Shown here piece by piece: positions 51,446 through 64,000 of a stretch of 64,000 nt of DNA (the first letter of the stretch is position 1; the number at the start of each line of letters is the position of its first letter). Under the pieces are notes generated by a model. The model did not search any database. It was not told where the DNA came from and worked only from the letters and a program-made list of their open reading frames with translations. Origin of the DNA: Botryllus schlosseri (Eukaryota); contig CM119371.1 in NCBI GenBank assembly GCA_051294905.1, forward strand, positions 29,204,001 to 29,268,000, in the 5' to 3' direction. The position numbers were made by a program, and so were the translations under genes.

Positions 51446-52011
51446 TCTTAGACCATTATGCTGAGAAACATATTCCTCAGTTTTCAAGATAATCGGTAAT
51501 TTCGTTCTAACGATCTAACTGGTTATATCAAAGGACAAATTACAGAGATCAAGAATAGAATTTTAAAATGTTACGTATTTACTGGAAAATAGTTCTGTGG
51601 TAGTGATTGACCCCGTACCGACTGCATGACTTGATTCGTGCGGGTGTCAGTAATATATAACATCGGCTTTAACACAGCTGACCCGGACCCCAGTTGATAA
51701 CCACTGCTGTATGGAGTATATAGATGCAACCGTAAAAGCGGCGGTGAATGGCAAAAGGTTGGGCCCCCTAGGCCGATATGAGAGAGCTCGATGCGAAGTC
51801 AGTACCATAGAAAATCCTTTGAACTTTGTCACATGCGATTTCAAGAAGGACAGCAAGATAACCTCTTGGTTTCAGTGTTGTCATCAATCGCCTAGTCTAC
51901 ATCTATCGGGTTGCTACTATTTCCCTCGAAACCGTAGATGCATAGCGATTCTCGGTTGCCACGGATAAACGTAAGAAAATACCATTCGCAGCCAGCTTTC
52001 TTGGTATAAGG

Positions 52012-52814
52012 CAGTGGTTTTTAAACTGTTTAAACCGCGATCCAAATGCATTTTTGTTATGTTATACTGCTACGCTAGAGCAGTTGTACGCAATGCACGA
52101 AGCTCCATGAAACATGTCTAACGTACGCGATTTCAAATTGAGGTGCATTATTTTTTCTCTCTGGGTAGCATTTGTAGGCCTACTACTGTGTACTCAGATT
52201 GCAAGACGGAATTATTCGGCGCCGACCATTTGGACGACCTAACATATCAATATCGAAGGTTTCTGCCAACCAGGACGGTCATTTTAGATTGTATCGCCAC
52301 CGAACTTTTTGGCACCGCACTTTGCCCAGCCATATGTTGGTCAAAACGACATGTCTTCATACGTCCCGGTGTGGAAGGGCTGGCCTCAAGATAGCTGTGC
52401 CTCATTTTGCCGCGCCCACTCGTTGCACACCCCTAAACTAAAGCGGTCTCCGACAGTACACCAACGGTCTTTGACGGTATTTTTATGAGCAACCAATGTC
52501 GCGCAAATCTTATCATGAATCAAACCAATTTGTGTATTACAAATGTCGGGGCAATTTCACGATCATGCCATATAGTAGTATTGATTTTTCTATGTGGCTC
52601 TCTTATTGGCTAACTTACCCAACACTGTGACCTTGGATATTTATACGGTACAGACTACCCACAGGATATCGCGCGAAGCGGGAAAAAAGTCGTTGGAAGA
52701 AATTCAAGAAATAATATATATACATACAGGATAGCTCTGATGCCATCGGGACCCAACATTATACACCCGTCGCGACCCATGTTTGAGTTGCGAACCATAC
52801 TTCAAGAACCCCTG
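52012..52814. mobile_element. hAT (Charlie-type) MITE
   Basis: Ends cagtggttttt...aagaacccctg; perfect TSD gtataagg. Confidence 0.85.
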
Positions 52815-53819
52815 GTATAAGGTATGCCAATATACTCCATGAGTGGCTCAGATAGCTATTTTTACCTGCTGTGAGAATGTATCCTCTTAAAGTATGGTTA
52901 TCATCATGTTGCTCGGTTGTTTTGTGGCTGCGACTAGACCTGGTTTCGAGCTATTTGTGACGAGAAATCGTTGCGCTCTTCTGATCAAGTAATGTACATT
53001 TATTGTCCGTATGTCCTGATGAATTTTCTACCAGATGTGGTCTGTCTTCTCAGTAACGAAATATCATTACTTTGTTCGGAGTACACAAGTAGGTATTTGA
53101 TATCTGCAATGTAACGTACGTTTAGTCGTTGCCTAGTCAACGACCGTACGTTATAATTGGATTGGATATTTGGCTATATAAGTTTGGCTCGTCGGGAAGC
53201 TTGCCAACTCGGTCGCAACCCTCCCTTGCTCGTGATCACTTCCTGCCTATCAAGATCTACCCTTGAGACCCTGTCAATATAAACCACTGGTTTATAGATA
53301 GGAAAGTAATTTAATGGCTAACTAAAGTTCACGCCAATTTAAGGTACAGTCGCAACAGGTTAACAACAGTCAACTCCCTAGGCTAATCTAATATCTAAAT
53401 ACAATACCAATGCGATGAAGTGAATCAGCATAACAATGTCAAATTACAACCTATTCTCCCTAATTCCTAGTTCAAATAACTACAAATCACTCAATGAGTC
53501 ACATGAATAAGCAAACGACTGGAAGGAAAATGCCTCTGAAACCACGAGGGCAAAGTCGTCACAATGGGCGCCAGTGAGCGTGATGGCTCATGTACAAAAC
53601 AGACCATTTCTCGTGTTACATGCACCACGTACTCAAGTGGTTATGTTTTTAGACTATACTCAACCCTTAACGGGCTCTATGCAAGACAAAATACTTCTTG
53701 AAATTAGAAAGTGGTTTTGGTGTGGATTTGCATCACTTTCATGTATGAACTTGTCATACCAACTGGATTTAACATGGTCGTCATTCATCCATGCTCACAG
53801 ATCCATGTGCCTCCAGCGC

Positions 53820-53892
53820 GGCCTCGTGGCCTAATGAATAAGGCGTTTGACTTCGAATCAGAAGATTGAGGGTTCGAGTCCCTTCGGGGTCA
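53820..53892 (+). tRNA. tRNA-Arg(TCG)
   Basis: GGCCTCGTGGCCTAATGAATAAGGCGTTTGACTTCGAATCAGAAGATTGAGGGTTCGAGTCCCTTCGGGGTCA folds as a cloverleaf; TTTT terminator just downstream; D-loop GG reads GA. Confidence 0.88.
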
Positions 53893-54384
53893 CACTTTTA
53901 GTTTATACAAAATATACACGAACCTCACTGTCTTATCTTTCAGAAACACGTAGAGTCTCCCACGAACACCCGTCCAGCACACCCATTCAAACTTTGAAGT
54001 TCAGAAGTTCTGGTTTACACCTGTATGATCACGTGGCATAATGTATAAGTCTTCGAAGTGAGGATTGCAGCCCTTTCGGGTTCATCATTGAAAGTTTAAC
54101 TCGAAAACACATGGCTATGTTCATCATCCTCGCAAGCATATCACGAAGTTCGAACTCGTGAAATAGCTTGGGATACGTAGAGCCACGCACAGGCGCACCT
54201 ACACAATTGTATCTGTTCTGACAGTAAAGTTCGGCGATCATATATGATAAATACTCGTGATAACTTTTCCATGTAATCGTATTTCGGTTAATACGACATT
54301 TTGCAGGAATGGTCATCAAAATCCTGATCGCATATCAATATAGGCTACTGAACTGCTATCCCGCAAAGTCCTTGCTCAACGCGC

Positions 54385-54457
54385 GGCCTCGTGGCCCAAT
54401 GGACAAGGCGTCTGACTACGAATCAGAAGATTGAGGGTTCGAGTCCCTTCGAGGTCA
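54385..54457 (+). tRNA. tRNA-Arg(ACG) in a TCG-family body
   Basis: GGCCTCGTGGCCCAATGGACAAGGCGTCTGACTACGAATCAGAAGATTGAGGGTTCGAGTCCCTTCGAGGTCA; stems and A and B boxes intact. Confidence 0.92.
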
Positions 54458-54619
54458 TATTCTTTAGTTTCTCCTCCAACTGCGTACAGGCCTCAATTTG
54501 TTATTTGAAACAGCAGGTCAGAAATTTCGGACCCACAATGCGGGTTTGATAAGGTAGCTTTACTACTTTATACGGCTATGCAATCAATTCTAAAGACAAA
54601 AGTTGTCGGTTCTGATACG

Positions 54620-54692
54620 CACCGTGCGGCCTAAATGAACAACGCGTCCGACGTCCAGTCGAGAGGTTGCGAGTTTGAGTTCCTTCGGGTCA
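54620..54692 (+). pseudogene. Heavily degenerate tRNA-like copy
   Basis: cggcctaaatgaacaacgcgtccgacgtccagtcgagaggttgcgagtttgagttccttcgggtca aligns with the neighbouring tRNA-Arg bodies; B-box and stems broken. Confidence 0.55.
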
Positions 54693-54981
54693 AACTCTTC
54701 AGTTTCTATCCGAAAAGCGCTATCCGCAATCATCCTTCGCAACCGGGTTACAAATTCAGGCGACCCAAGGCTGGGGTACTGAGCTTCGCGCATATATACA
54801 AAAATTACATGCTTTTTATTATAACCATAATCAATCGCTATCTTTGAAAAATAGGTCACAAATGTCGGGCTTTCAGTATAGGTTGGGTAAAATAACTTCA
54901 CGCACTACCGCACTGAATCCTTTGGTAGATATCTGGAATATAGTGGGCAAAACCAATAACACACCAATGATGTGACGTGAC

Positions 54982-55388
54982 TAGGGTTGCATTTATAACA
55001 AAAATCAATTTAAAACAAACATGTTTAAAACTAGGCCCTGTTCGAAACATTTTTTTTTAAGCCATGACGCCACTTATATTCAATTATGACGTCATAGTGT
55101 ATTGACATTGGCAACTGAAAGTATGGGCCAAATAAAGCTCCCTTGACGAAATATCTACGTACTATAGCTGATGAACCGGCGATTTTGATGGTTCCAATCA
55201 TCCCAAATCGTATACGCCGGCTATATCGGGTGATAATCGTCCCTAGGCTCATACAACATGTTTTTTGGAAAGGATTTATACAATTATGGCATAATTTTAC
55301 AACTTAAAAAAATTCTTTGAAGGCTTCTGCTTAAAACGTGTTTTAAAGAAAGTGTTTTAAACAACCATTTGTTGTAAATGCAACCCTA
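54982..55388. mobile_element. hAT-like MITE (tagggttgcattt TIR)
   Basis: TIRs tagggttgcattta...taaatgcaacccta; perfect TSD gacgtgac. Confidence 0.92.
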
Positions 55389-55613
55389 GACGTGACATAT
55401 ATGATGAATAGGCGATGCAAAATTTTGTCAAAATTGTAGCGTTAGGTCAAAAAATTTCCAAATTGTTTACGAAGTCAAAATTATTCCAGGACATCAATAT
55501 AACCATAGAACCTCTATAACGGTCATCAATGCTGTATGGTTCTGACTAATCTATGAAATTCGAAATTTGGATGACAATGAGAAGACAGTGATACAAAACC
55601 AGCCAAGAGTTTG

Positions 55614-58513
55614 TTAAGACGTTGTTATGCTCGGAGGGTTCAACATCGTTGCCTGCTTGAGGATCGAACTCTTGAATTGTGCAATTTTTAATCGCTCAAG
55701 CTTGGCCAAGATGATGAATTGCGCAATTTCCAATCGTATTAACTTGAGAAACAGGTCTTCTTGCTGTTTGTAGCGCGACTCCCGTTGGGCAAGCATGATC
55801 TCAGTCCTCACTATTGAGTCTTCCATTCTCATTGACTTTTCCGTAATCCTGGCTACTTTGCTGGATACCTTCTCGTGGCGAATAGGCGTGCTCGAGCCAA
55901 CCGGCGGTTTACTAAGTTGCGGCAAGTCTGTAAAACATGGAGATTAGTTGGTGAGCCTGATCTAATATCCGTGCTTATGATGGGTGGGAGGGAAAAGAGT
56001 ATACACACTCGAATCATCGGCGACCAGACCATGTACATTCATATTGGCTATGTTGGTTCGAGTAAGGCAATAATTTGTTCAAGGCAGCAGCACTATACGA
56101 AAGATTTAGACATATCAAATGGTCCTGATTGTATACTACTATATAGTGTATTGCTTCCAGCTGTGCTAAGTAAGTGTGTAAAAACAACCAGAGTCAGAAT
56201 TGGACGGTTGGAAGATATACTTAAGTAAGTAAGTAGTTGTGAAATGCCGCCATAAATATGCTCTCATGGTCATGGTGGAAAGCTGAAAACTGAGCAATGT
56301 GGAGGATGCGGAGAGATGGATTCGTGCTGCTGCATCCCAGGAGGATCTAATTTTACAAGAATTCGACCAAATCAGAGGATGCAAAAGATACTTTTGCTAC
56401 GGAACACGGTTTTTAACTTTTAACCCCAGCAACTCATTTCAGAAAATGTCATGGAATGGCGCCCTCCCTCGTATTACAGTATTAGCCCATAGTTAGGCGA
56501 AGAGCAAGATGGAGAAGTGCATGTGTTGTTAGATTGCGATACATATCGTACCCAACGTTTTGCTGGAACATTTAGTGTCATGAAAACATGTCGTATGGGC
56601 GACAATGCGGTTTGAAAGGCACCACGCCACCCGCTACATAAATTTTATTGACCGCCATTTTTGTGAAACAAAACTGTCATTCCATATCTATTTCGTTCGA
56701 AGCGCGACGAAAATTTTGGACTGCATTTATTAAATTCTTGTTGGTACTCGATTATTTGGTAATTCTTCTATTATAATACCGCAATATTGTACGATACAAC
56801 GAATCTGAAAGTATGGAACTCTGGAGCGTTTTATGCGAGCAGTGCCGATTACTGCAATGGTACAGTGTTTTAATGCGTTTTCCGCCGTCACGCATGACCA
56901 TGAAACGAACAATTGAACGGGAAATTGATTTTCCGCTTAATTCGGACGAAGTGGTTTTGTTTTCCTAATTCGGCCAAATGTGAACGGCACCAAAGCTTCC
57001 GAATTAAGCGGATTCGACTTTATATTCAACTCGCCAGGGACTGAACTGTTATCGACATCAGGTGTGTTGTCGTATGCATTCCTGCAATAAAAATAAAAGA
57101 AGATTAAACGAGCAATTTTGACGCATTTGTCTAATCACGATGCCATTAAACTCTGCTGGCACCGTAAATGTTGTTCACGGGAAATGAGCTTAAACACGTT
57201 TTGTCGATAAGTAGCCACTATATGGACTGTGCATTTCCTATACTTCCAAATGAGTTGGACACTATTCAATACGTCTACGACAGCAAACCTCAGGCGAAAT
57301 TAAAAACATCGTTGTGAAATTGGTGACGCACGGGATATTGTGAACTTTGTTTGATTTCAATACACAAAGAGCATAATCTATTGGGACCTTTTGTACACGC
57401 TGAAATACCTGTTCATTCTGTCAAAGCTTCCAGTTTCAACGTTGTCTTCATCTGCATCCGCCAGACTACTACTGTTTCCATCCAAACTGTAGATGTATAG
57501 CGAGTCTTCGGTCACTGCGGCTAAAAATAGAAATGTAAACAATTTGGAGCCAGCTATCTTGGTCAACTATGTCAATTCATTCACTGTATCATGCTTATGG
57601 CAACCTATTTTAATCGCTGGAGAAGGTCTCGCAATGTCGGGGTGGTCATGATTTTCTTCGGTTGTTTCGTAGCTGCGACACGATTTGGTTTCGAGGAAAT
57701 TGACTCGGGTCGAGTCGAATCACCTGAAAATTGCGACTCTTTCGAGTAATGGCTAGAGTCATCACAGCCCTGTTCACTTATCCGTCTCACATGATGAGTT
57801 ACACACACCACAAGTAGGCAATAACGAAATTCTATAGTATTTTTACGGAGTACTTCTGTAGGTTTTGCGTCATGATGTGGATATGCATTCAGACGACTTG
57901 CACTTCTATGCTAAACAGATTTTTAGGCTATGCTAAGAAGATTTTTAAGCAAAACTACTTACTTTTTGGACTTTGTAAATGAGAAAGTTTTAGGGTATGT
58001 TTTCATCACTACTCAGTAAAATTGTCCTACCAACTCGAAAAGGCCCCTCTATCACGGTAACATAATTTCTTTTCTAAGATTACGTATATTTTTAGTGTAA
58101 TTGAACATTTTGAGTTAGTCGGGAGGAGAATACGGCAGTCGTGAAGATGTGCCCGGTAATTGGTAATGCGACGGTCGACCAAAATTATTTACTACAATCC
58201 TTGGAATTAATTTCGGGAAATTACACTTCTCCCTAAACTTGAGAAAAAATTTACGATGATAAATCTTCTTGAGTACCAACGATAACTAATTTGACCACCA
58301 CGTTGAACACACACACACAGACCCACACAAATGTAACGAAGCCTTATCTAGTCGAAAGCCCCGCTAATTGGCTGTGCCTGGATGTATGCAGAAATTTCAG
58401 ATTGCATATATGAGGCATCGCAATGTCGCGAAAATCAACCACATTTCTAATCAACTACATAGCGACAGAGAACGAAAATTACCTTCAGAGCTGTCAATCA
58501 GCGTACTTTCCAT
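55614..58513 (-). CDS. Spliced orphan gene, copy 3 (exons 58513-58483, 57520-57409, 57081-57035, 55927-55614; 167 aa)
   Basis: 504 nt in frame; same exon structure as copy 2; the third donor reads GCGAGT instead of GTGAGT. Confidence 0.68.
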
Positions 58514-60850
58514 TCTAAACAGGGTCCGGCGACATTTATAACTAATATCCATAGCCGACTGAATATTTGTCAATTCTCTATTATAACCTTGATAGCAGAC
58601 GACGGACAAGTTGGTAAATAGCACACCAAATATATATTTTATTCGCAGCGTTGCCTCTATCCTTCTACAGATCGGCGAAACGAATATCGATCGACTTACA
58701 ACGATCCTAACTGGCTAAAACGAGATGCCCAATGATATTTCAAGATTACACTACCAAACGTGCTGCGATTCTCTGCGACTCCTAAGCGCGTGTTGGAGGC
58801 TATATCGTCCGTAAGTCTATTAGGTTTGTTTGGGGCCACTGAACTCCTCGCAAATGAAATCTTCAGGAATACCTCGCTATACATATAGGCCGACTCCCAA
58901 CCAAAGCGTCAAGATTTCTCTCAGTTATTGAGTGCTGACGCAGCAGGGTGTCCGGAAGCCGTCGGGAGTAATTAGCCGCACTGTAATGCAAATATTGATT
59001 GCATTGAGACTGAGACTTGTAATCAGACTATACGCATATATTTCATTGTTTGAAGAGGGAGGTTTCCTATGTTGGAGATGATAGCAGAATGAGAGTAACT
59101 CCATACAGCGATCAACAACCATCACTGGATTATTCAAAGATATCGCATGTGAAATAGTTTATTTCGGCCTACGGCAGAACTGGACATTGCGCGGCCTGCA
59201 ACGTGATACTTGCGGCCCGCGGAAAGTTCTTTGGAATTGAGACCACACAGTTCAATTATTAGTGTTAATGTGTGGACCAAAACTAAGGCAGTATAAACTG
59301 AACTGGACATGCGCTTACTTTGAAGTCTAGTTTATTATGTACCATTATTTATTATTACATAACCTACGTACGTCGTATGAGTAATACATGTTCAAACTGT
59401 AATGTCATATGTTTCCAAATCCCAAGTCGTAAGATAATGCCATTAGTAGACATGATTAGCGGTCATCCCCACCTCGCTCATAAACGATGTTATGTCAAGC
59501 AATGAGCAGTGCGACTGATGGCGACATTTACACTGAATTTGGAGTGTTCACGTAATATTTGATTACTGAAGACAGCCGTGAACCAGTCTTTTAATTGTAT
59601 GATGAGTACCGACCGGGTCTCTGTGTTTAGGGAATATAATTCGAGTCAGCATTATGTGAAAAATCATGCCGCGAAATACATACATTCGGCTAATGTGGAG
59701 ACCTGCATGCGAAGCTAGCAAAACAGCGGTGCTATCTTATCAAGCCAGACAAAGCTCGGGACGCAGCCTAATATTAGCAGGTCCAGTTATCAGCATGCGT
59801 TAACATTTTAACAATGTAAATTCACTGACTTCAATATAGATATAAAACTGCACGTCTGTCCCGCCACCGTATCTTCTGCTTCACATTTGGCCCGTCTTGG
59901 AGAAGAGATTGTGTATTTTCACCCGTGTACCACCCCTGATAAACGGGTGTGAATGTACAACCATGGCACACGAAACGAAAACCTACCTTAGACTTATACC
60001 GCGGTATAAATCAAGCACATCATTTTAATCCAAATTATTCATGCACGTAGGAACGTAGAATTTACAACCACGATATAACTCTGAGTTAGGCTCTGTTTGT
60101 CACGATGACAATTCATTTCGATCACTTTTAATGCAGGAAAACCGGCTACGTGCAATCCCGCACCTATGATGTTGGACTGGCCCTCTCTTCGCGACGGTTA
60201 TTCGTAATTTCATGCCGGTGACGTCATATTTTGTGATACGATTGTTGACATACGATGTTCTTCACAATTCTCTACTTAGTTGCTGACGATTACCCCTGAC
60301 GAGTGTCATCTGAAAATATTCGGGTTCAGTTCAATATGAATATACTACTCAATTGTATAGTGAAGTTCTGTACCTCCAAGAAGCTCTTCAAAGAGTTTTG
60401 ACATCTATAGAAAATTGCTACTTCTACTTGTAATTGGGTTTAAACTCACGGTGCTATACTTCTACTTCCACTTGAGCAGCAACGCTCACTTTGACCGCAT
60501 GAATTCTGTATCTACCGCGTATACCATCAACCCTTTCGAAAATATCTATCCAATGTTAATAAAGCTACCTAGCCGCAAATACTCACAGGCGCTGTGTTCT
60601 TATATTTGTTTTATATCAGAAGTTACACCTTCAAGATATCCGCTTAGTCGAAGGCAGTCAATAGTTTGATGTGATCCGCGGTCAAAATTAGTTATGCGCC
60701 ATTGATCTAAGTCGCGGCAATTGTCACATTTTGAGGTGTTATTACTCAATAAAATAAAACCCAACGTGGGGGTCTTGTCTGCGTAACTCCTCTTGTGATA
60801 CAATTGAGCCGACATAGCATTGTTCTGGTTCAAACTTACCCCATTTTACG

Positions 60851-63003
60851 TAGGGTTGCATTTAAAACAAAAATCAATTTAAAACAAGCATGTTTAAAAC
60901 CAGGACCTTATTTAAAATATGCTTTTTTATTAGTCATGGCGTCACGAACTTTAATTGTGACGCCACTGTGGATTGACATGGACAATTGAAAATATAGGCG
61001 AAAAATGGCTCCTTCGACGAAAAGGGCTTCCGACCACTGTCATAAACAGACCAAAAATATCTTTAACCAGGACTGCATCGTTATGTAGCACATTTACGGT
61101 CGGCGGTCCTCATCATCAGAACACCCATTCCGTACCAATGATCTATATCTACGTGCTAAAACTGTTCTACCGACGACGATTTCGGTTCCAGTCAACCCGC
61201 ATCGTATACGGCAGTGGACAGGAACCTATGGCTCGCCAGCCATATATGCAGGGTTGCCATCGACATGGACTCAAAAATAAGGACAGTTGAAAAATTAGAT
61301 CACAATTAAACATACGTTTTTGTACATACTTTGCATTTATACGAGCCGTGATAAATCACATTCCATACTTTGCACCAGAAATGATCTGCTCCAGCAACTC
61401 CTCGTTCACAAAAACTTCATAGATCTCGCAACACCTCAGTTCTGGGATTACCCTTATTTGTAGCAAGATTTCAATTTATTTCAATTAAAAATTTCATCAT
61501 TTTAATACACCACAAGACTGCGATACAATGAAAGATAGGAAGGTCTTGAAACGACTTGGAATAGTCTCTGAAATCAGACACCCACCTTGGCTTACGCGAC
61601 TTAGAATGGGAGCCATGCACAGTTGCACACTGAATTACAAATTAACGAAGATAATATAAAAGGACAGGTGACAAAGAAGGTAACATGTGTCGTGCAATAC
61701 AATCACTCACTGCCCTACCTCCCAGTTCCTTTCATTTATGATGTCATGAAAGCTTTGCGCATAAGCATAATTTTACAATATTATGAAACAACAGATACCA
61801 GAGGAAAACGATCGTAGTTCTATAGTTGTTGAAAATAAGACAAAATAAGGACGCAAGTCAAAAATAAGGACATTTCTTAGAAATAAGGACATTTGAGTTT
61901 TCTAAGACGCGGCCCTTCAAAATAAGGACAAATCTGAGAAATAAGGACGGTATGGCAACCCTGCATGTATGGCAACCCTGCATATATGGCTCTTTTGGGT
62001 ACAAGATATGGCTCTTTGTCAAATATTTATTTTTGTACTTAATCGATCAATATTGCAGCGACTTGTTGGTAAATTTTCATCACGGCTGGAATAATTATTC
62101 TCGTGACAGTATAAACATGTCTTTGAGAGATAAAAACAATAATGCCGCCGTCATGTTTAGGGGCTTAGTCCCCCTCTTTTCAAAATCATAAAATTTAAGT
62201 TACTGTCACGCCGGCGGTCAATACCACTCGCGAATTCTATGCACTCGACTCGAAATCTTGAATTGTGCGACACGTTGATTAATCAAAGAGGATAGCAGAC
62301 ATGGTGACGCCCATTTCAGAACGCAGTTTTGTCTTTGTCTTTTGTCCCATTGTCTTCCTGATCTACGGCGCGAAATGAACTGCCGCGGACGTGACATACA
62401 CAATTACAAACAACGCCATAGCTATCCACGTTCTTGATTAGTAAGTAGCTCTGTGGTATCGGCGATAAAATGTATGCGTGCAGCGCAACCTTGACAATTG
62501 AGAAGTCGATAAGTATTTAAATTTTCGGAATCAGGATGACAGTTACATTCGATTAATATCAGTTATAATAAATTGTAAGCTACTTACGATGAATTGCGTT
62601 ATCAATGGTGAGACTTGGCGCGTCTGTGCCTTACCGCTCATTCGAGCTTTATTTTCTTACAATGCATACCCGTTTTTACAGAAAAAATGTGACGCACACG
62701 AGGAATCCCATTTAGTGAGTTCGAATTACTGCTACCATGACGTGTAGAACTTTCAATTGTGACGTAACAGTTGATTAGCAGGTATGTCTCTTTGGGAGTT
62801 GAGATGGAAAAAATAGGGCCAATATGGCTCTTCGGACAAAAAAGGTTCCCGACCACTGGTATACGTCGACTATTTTGGCTGCAAATCGTCCGTAAGCTCA
62901 TACTGCATGTTTTTCGGACGTATCTACATAATTTTTTTCAGGGCATTTGCTTAAAACACTGTTTAAAACATGTTTTAAACAAAGTGTTTTAAATGCAACC
63001 TTA
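60851..63003. mobile_element. Three-level MITE nest: outer element of the 54982 family; middle 61212-62858; inner 61249-61980
   Basis: Middle: cagtgg..ccactg with TSD gtatacgg/gtatacgt and an empty site at about 55208. Inner: cagggttgcca..tggcaaccctg with TSD catatatg and aataaggac repeats. Confidence 0.88.
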
Positions 63004-63439
63004 CCCCATTGTATGGTATTGATGAGTAGCTGCGCTGGATAGGCAGAGATAAGATAGGTTGATGAGTCGTTATGATTATCTCTCCATGTGTGTGTGACAG
63101 TGTTATCAGTTTCGAAAGCCTGTACCTATCAGATGATATCCGCTCCTCGCTATCGCGCTTCCTCCGTATCACCAAGTCTGAAAGTCTCTTGTATTCGTTC
63201 CATGATCTATTGTGATAAACTGGTGCTGTGGAAAACTGCAGACAGGGGATATGAAGACTTTGATCTGATCACAAGAATCATGCCGACATTGACCGTCCTA
63301 CAAATTGTCCAGGGGCAAGTCTATATTGCAATGTTGTGAATCTATTTGCGAAGTAACGATAAACCTCTAATGAAACATGAGTAGTCGAAGTCGCCGTTTG
63401 ATGTCAGTATGCGGATCCTGGATCGTCAAAATTTCCAAA

Positions 63440-63680
63440 TCGGTTGGTTACTAAATTCAATACGTCCACTACTGCAAACCTCAGTCGAAATTATAAAAAT
63501 CGTTGCTAAAGTCACAATTGAAAAAAATCGATGCGAAATTGCATGGAAACACACGAGATAATGCGAGCTTTGTCATATTTAATTTCGAGGATTGAAGAAA
63601 ATAATCTCTACCATAACTATGCTTTTTTTGTCCACGCTGAAATACCGATTAATTCTGCAAAAGCTTCCAGTTTCAGCTGG
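63440..63680 (+). repeat. Additional diverged fragment of the duplication unit (homologous to about 8140-8370); another fragment at about 52840-53000 (homologous to about 8530-8690)
   Basis: attcaatacgtc..caaacctcag..cacgctgaaataccgatt..aagcttccagtttca shared with the orphan-gene intron and exon edge. Confidence 0.75.
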
Positions 63681-64000
63681 GGATCTAATTTAAATCGGGC
63701 TGATATAAATCAGTGCGATTTTATTCAGGTTTTTACCCTTGATTTTCGATTTCAATTCCACCGGGCTAATTTTATTGATTATTTTGCTGCTGGTTTTTCT
63801 GGAGATGTGGGAATGTGGTTTCTTATTGAACTACCAAGTGTATTTTACATTGTACATACATCAGAAATAGTTTTTCGAATCCAGAAACCACTCCAGAGAT
63901 CATTAATGATAGTCGTGATATCCTAGTCAGCCAGCGTTATTGATGATTCCGACTTGACTCAATATTTGGGCTGATCGAAATCGAGTACCCGAGGGATTCG

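Larger units (their letters stand above)
55486..63430 (+). repeat. Segmental duplication unit, copy 3 (lacks the tRNA segment, truncated before the zinc fingers)
   Basis: Near-continuous alignment with 18045-22490 and 23930-25290; junction at about 59895-59910. Confidence 0.95.

Noticed and set aside
63531..63926. 131-aa + strand ORF
   Set aside because: Spans a junction between a unit fragment and unrelated sequence; no motif support.

Overview
Eukaryotic nuclear DNA (AT-rich, spliceosomal introns as short as 53-68 nt, invertebrate-like; the species cannot be named from the sequence), rich in repeats. Main contents: (1) an 8-12 kb module present three times (about 2.4-14.1 kb, 17.4-25.6 kb, 55.5-63.4 kb, plus fragments). 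It carries a four-exon orphan gene on the minus strand that is in frame in all three copies and appears only as separate fragments in the ORF track; copies 1 and 2 also carry a tRNA-Arg pseudogene and a small two-zinc-finger ORF. (2) An intronless, frameshifted ribonucleotide reductase small-subunit remnant among tightly packed decayed ORFs (1-2.4 kb and 13.4-17.3 kb), which may be a fragmented endogenous large DNA virus. (3) A six-exon secreted fibrinogen-C-domain gene (37613-48796) with a GC-AG intron, a polybasic N-terminal segment and a full-length but dead RNase H-containing I-group LINE in intron 3. (4) A small tRNA-Arg cluster whose paralogues carry different anticodons. (5) Many hAT-type MITEs with 8-bp TSDs, often nested, a Chapaev3-like derivative and a Charlie/SPIN-like transposase remnant. 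All family assignments come from motifs recognised by eye; no database searches were run.
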